DNA of 15,934 nt from a virus. Taxonomy: Duplodnaviria > Heunggongvirae > Uroviricota > Caudoviricetes. The notes beneath the pieces were generated by a model. The model was not told where the DNA came from, did no database searches, and saw nothing but the letters and a program-made list of their open reading frames with translations. Positions 14,567-15,934 of this stretch are shown one piece after another; position 1 is the first letter of the stretch; each line of letters starts with the position of its first letter. The DNA lies in the IMG/VR virus record IMGVR_UViG_2724679239_000005. The stretch is one strand, 5' to 3'. The position numbers were made by a program, and so were the translations under genes.

Positions 14567-15498
14567 GTGATGCCCTAAATAAAAAGCAGGGGCCATACAA
14601 AGATGCTGATAAAGAAGCGCTATCAAGACTATATGGAGCTTTAGCTGAAGACCAAAAATCTGTCTTATCCAATACTGGATACTTGCGAGATTTCGAAGTC
14701 GCACAACGCCTTGTAGCTATGAGAAAAAACTTAGAAAGGCAAATGGTAAATCTTCGCGGGAAAACACTTAATGGGGATATAGCGTATAAAGTAACGAATT
14801 CTCTTCAATCTATGGCAAAAGGTGATGCGAGAGGGTTTCGTGAGATTATGCAAAATACTCCATCAAGAACATTGCGAAGGGAGCTAGTAGGAACAGCATT
14901 AAGAGATATGCTTTCCTCTGGGAAGCGTGGGGCCGACTTTAATCCATCTGGCTTTGCAGATTGGTGGCAAAACTTGCAACACAGTGGACAGCTAAAGACT
15001 TTGGCTGAACATTTGCCAAAAGAAACAATGAGCGGACTATATGATGTATACAAAGTTGCCAGAGCAATAAAAAATGCTAAAGCGCATGAAATATCTACTG
15101 GTAAGCTGAATGAGTTTGTAAACAGATTTAATCGGGTAACAGCTCCATACGAACTAGCAGCAAAACACATTCAAAAAATAGGCACGATGGTAGGCGCTCA
15201 TTTTGGATCGCTTGGAGCCATTGCTGGGGCTGATATTGGAGCAAGATTGGCGAGTAAAGCTCGATTAGCTGGTGGAGCAGGGGCGGCTGATGCTGCGGAT
15301 AAATTAATTGCCTCGCCAGCCTTCCAGAGCGCAGTAAAAAATCTACACGGAAAAGCGCCTGGGCACATTGTTGATTCACGTATCAGGCGCTCCCCTCAAT
15401 GGAAGAGTTTTTTTAACTCTCTTCCTGAACAGGAAAAACGGACCATCGCCAGACTGGGCATCATTACTTGGCTATCTAATGATCCAGATAATGACTAG
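14567..15498 (+). pseudogene. C-terminal fragment (about 308 codons) of the IS2-interrupted gene, in frame with the N-terminal fragment once IS2 and one TSD copy are removed
   Basis: Removing 13236-14566 and one GTGAT joins ...RRLVGD to ALNKKQGPYKD... in frame. The track ORF 14530-15498 is this frame extended back into the IS2 right end. Confidence 0.65.
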
Positions 15499-15517
15499 TG
15501 AATGGCCACGGATGGCC

Positions 15518-15934
15518 TCAATCTTTATTCTTTGAAATAGAGTCATTGATCTTTTCGAAACACCAATGAAATCCACAAAAGAGAGCTACACCAATATAAC
15601 AATACAAAACTATCAACCACCTTTCAGTGTCCGAAGGGTAAAAAACATCAATTACATAAGCAACACCAATTGGTATTAATGCTAGTAATAACATCGACAC
15701 AGGACGTACAAACTTCTGAACTATATCAATTTTATAGAACCACAAAGCGGTATGTTTAATGATATAAGTAAAGATGGCTGCGCCAATAATGGCAAAAAAC
15801 ACCATCGATAAAGTCGGGTATAACTTTGCGACAATTAAACCCAACAAAATAATTATAACTGCCTGCCCCCTCACACCAACCCTCCCTTTAGCTTTGTTTA
15901 GAATGGCAATCATCATATATCCAAGACATGGCAT
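15518..15934 (-). CDS. Small integral membrane protein, 138 aa, about 4 predicted TM helices, AT-rich; convergent with the cargo operon
   Basis: Reverse-strand ORF whose ATG is the last 3 nt of the window. Hydrophobic segments AVIIILLGLIVAKLY, MVFFAIIGAAIFTYII, VSMLLLALIPIGVAYVI, WLIVLYCYIGVALFCGF. No similarity recognised. Confidence 0.6.
   Translation of the reverse strand: MPCLGYMMIAILNKAKGRVGVRGQAVIIILLGLIVAKLYPTLSMVFFAIIGAAIFTYIIKHTALWFYKIDIVQKFVRPVSMLLLALIPIGVAYVIDVFYPSDTERWLIVLYCYIGVALFCGFHWCFEKINDSISKNKD

Noticed and set aside
10717-15498. ATPase or nuclease assignment for the large cargo proteins
   Set aside because: Scanned by eye for Walker A, DEAD/DExH, HxH/HNH, PD-(D/E)xK and GHKL-type motifs; none convincing (GKLTKKN and GKPSAD do not fit a P-loop).
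15504-15517. Hairpin GGCCA-CGGA-TGGCC between the convergent cargo and membrane genes, considered as a bidirectional terminator
   Set aside because: Only a 5-bp stem, no clear U-tract on either strand, and it overlaps the stop codon of the membrane gene.
1-15934. tRNA gene or att core marking the element boundaries
   Set aside because: No tRNA-like T-arm/acceptor sequence (GGTTCGAATCC-type followed by CCA) found. The attachment sites probably lie outside the window.

Overview
The window reads as the integrase-proximal part of a P4/CP4-57-like integrative element (phage-satellite-like island) from an enterobacterial genome, followed by an accessory cargo region. The backbone, all on the + strand, is: tyrosine integrase (1-1329), an AT-rich 216-aa ORF translationally coupled to int, an AT-rich regulatory gap, AlpA/Vis-type regulator, an AntA-domain antirepressor-like protein, an Ash-like/Icd-like overlapping-frame region, a string of start/stop-coupled small ORFs, and a P4-alpha-type primase-helicase (6451-8802). 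Two clusters of GGTACAGG-type iterons (8831-8936 and 9941-10046) flank a two-gene module and look like an origin region. No sid/delta/psu capsid-hijacking genes are recognisable. Downstream is a separate cargo unit: a 57-aa possible RHH protein, a 447-aa protein and a roughly 705-aa protein, both Ala/Gly/Gln-rich with coiled-coil character and no catalytic motifs I can see. The 705-aa gene is split by a complete IS2 copy (13236-14566, 1331 bp) with a perfect 5-bp target-site duplication GTGAT. An AT-rich convergent gene for a small four-helix membrane protein closes the window. The cargo operon plus membrane protein is the best candidate for an undescribed system, but I could not assign it a function from sequence alone. 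No tRNA, rRNA or CRISPR array was found; att sites are not visible. All product calls are from motif recognition by eye, not from database searches.
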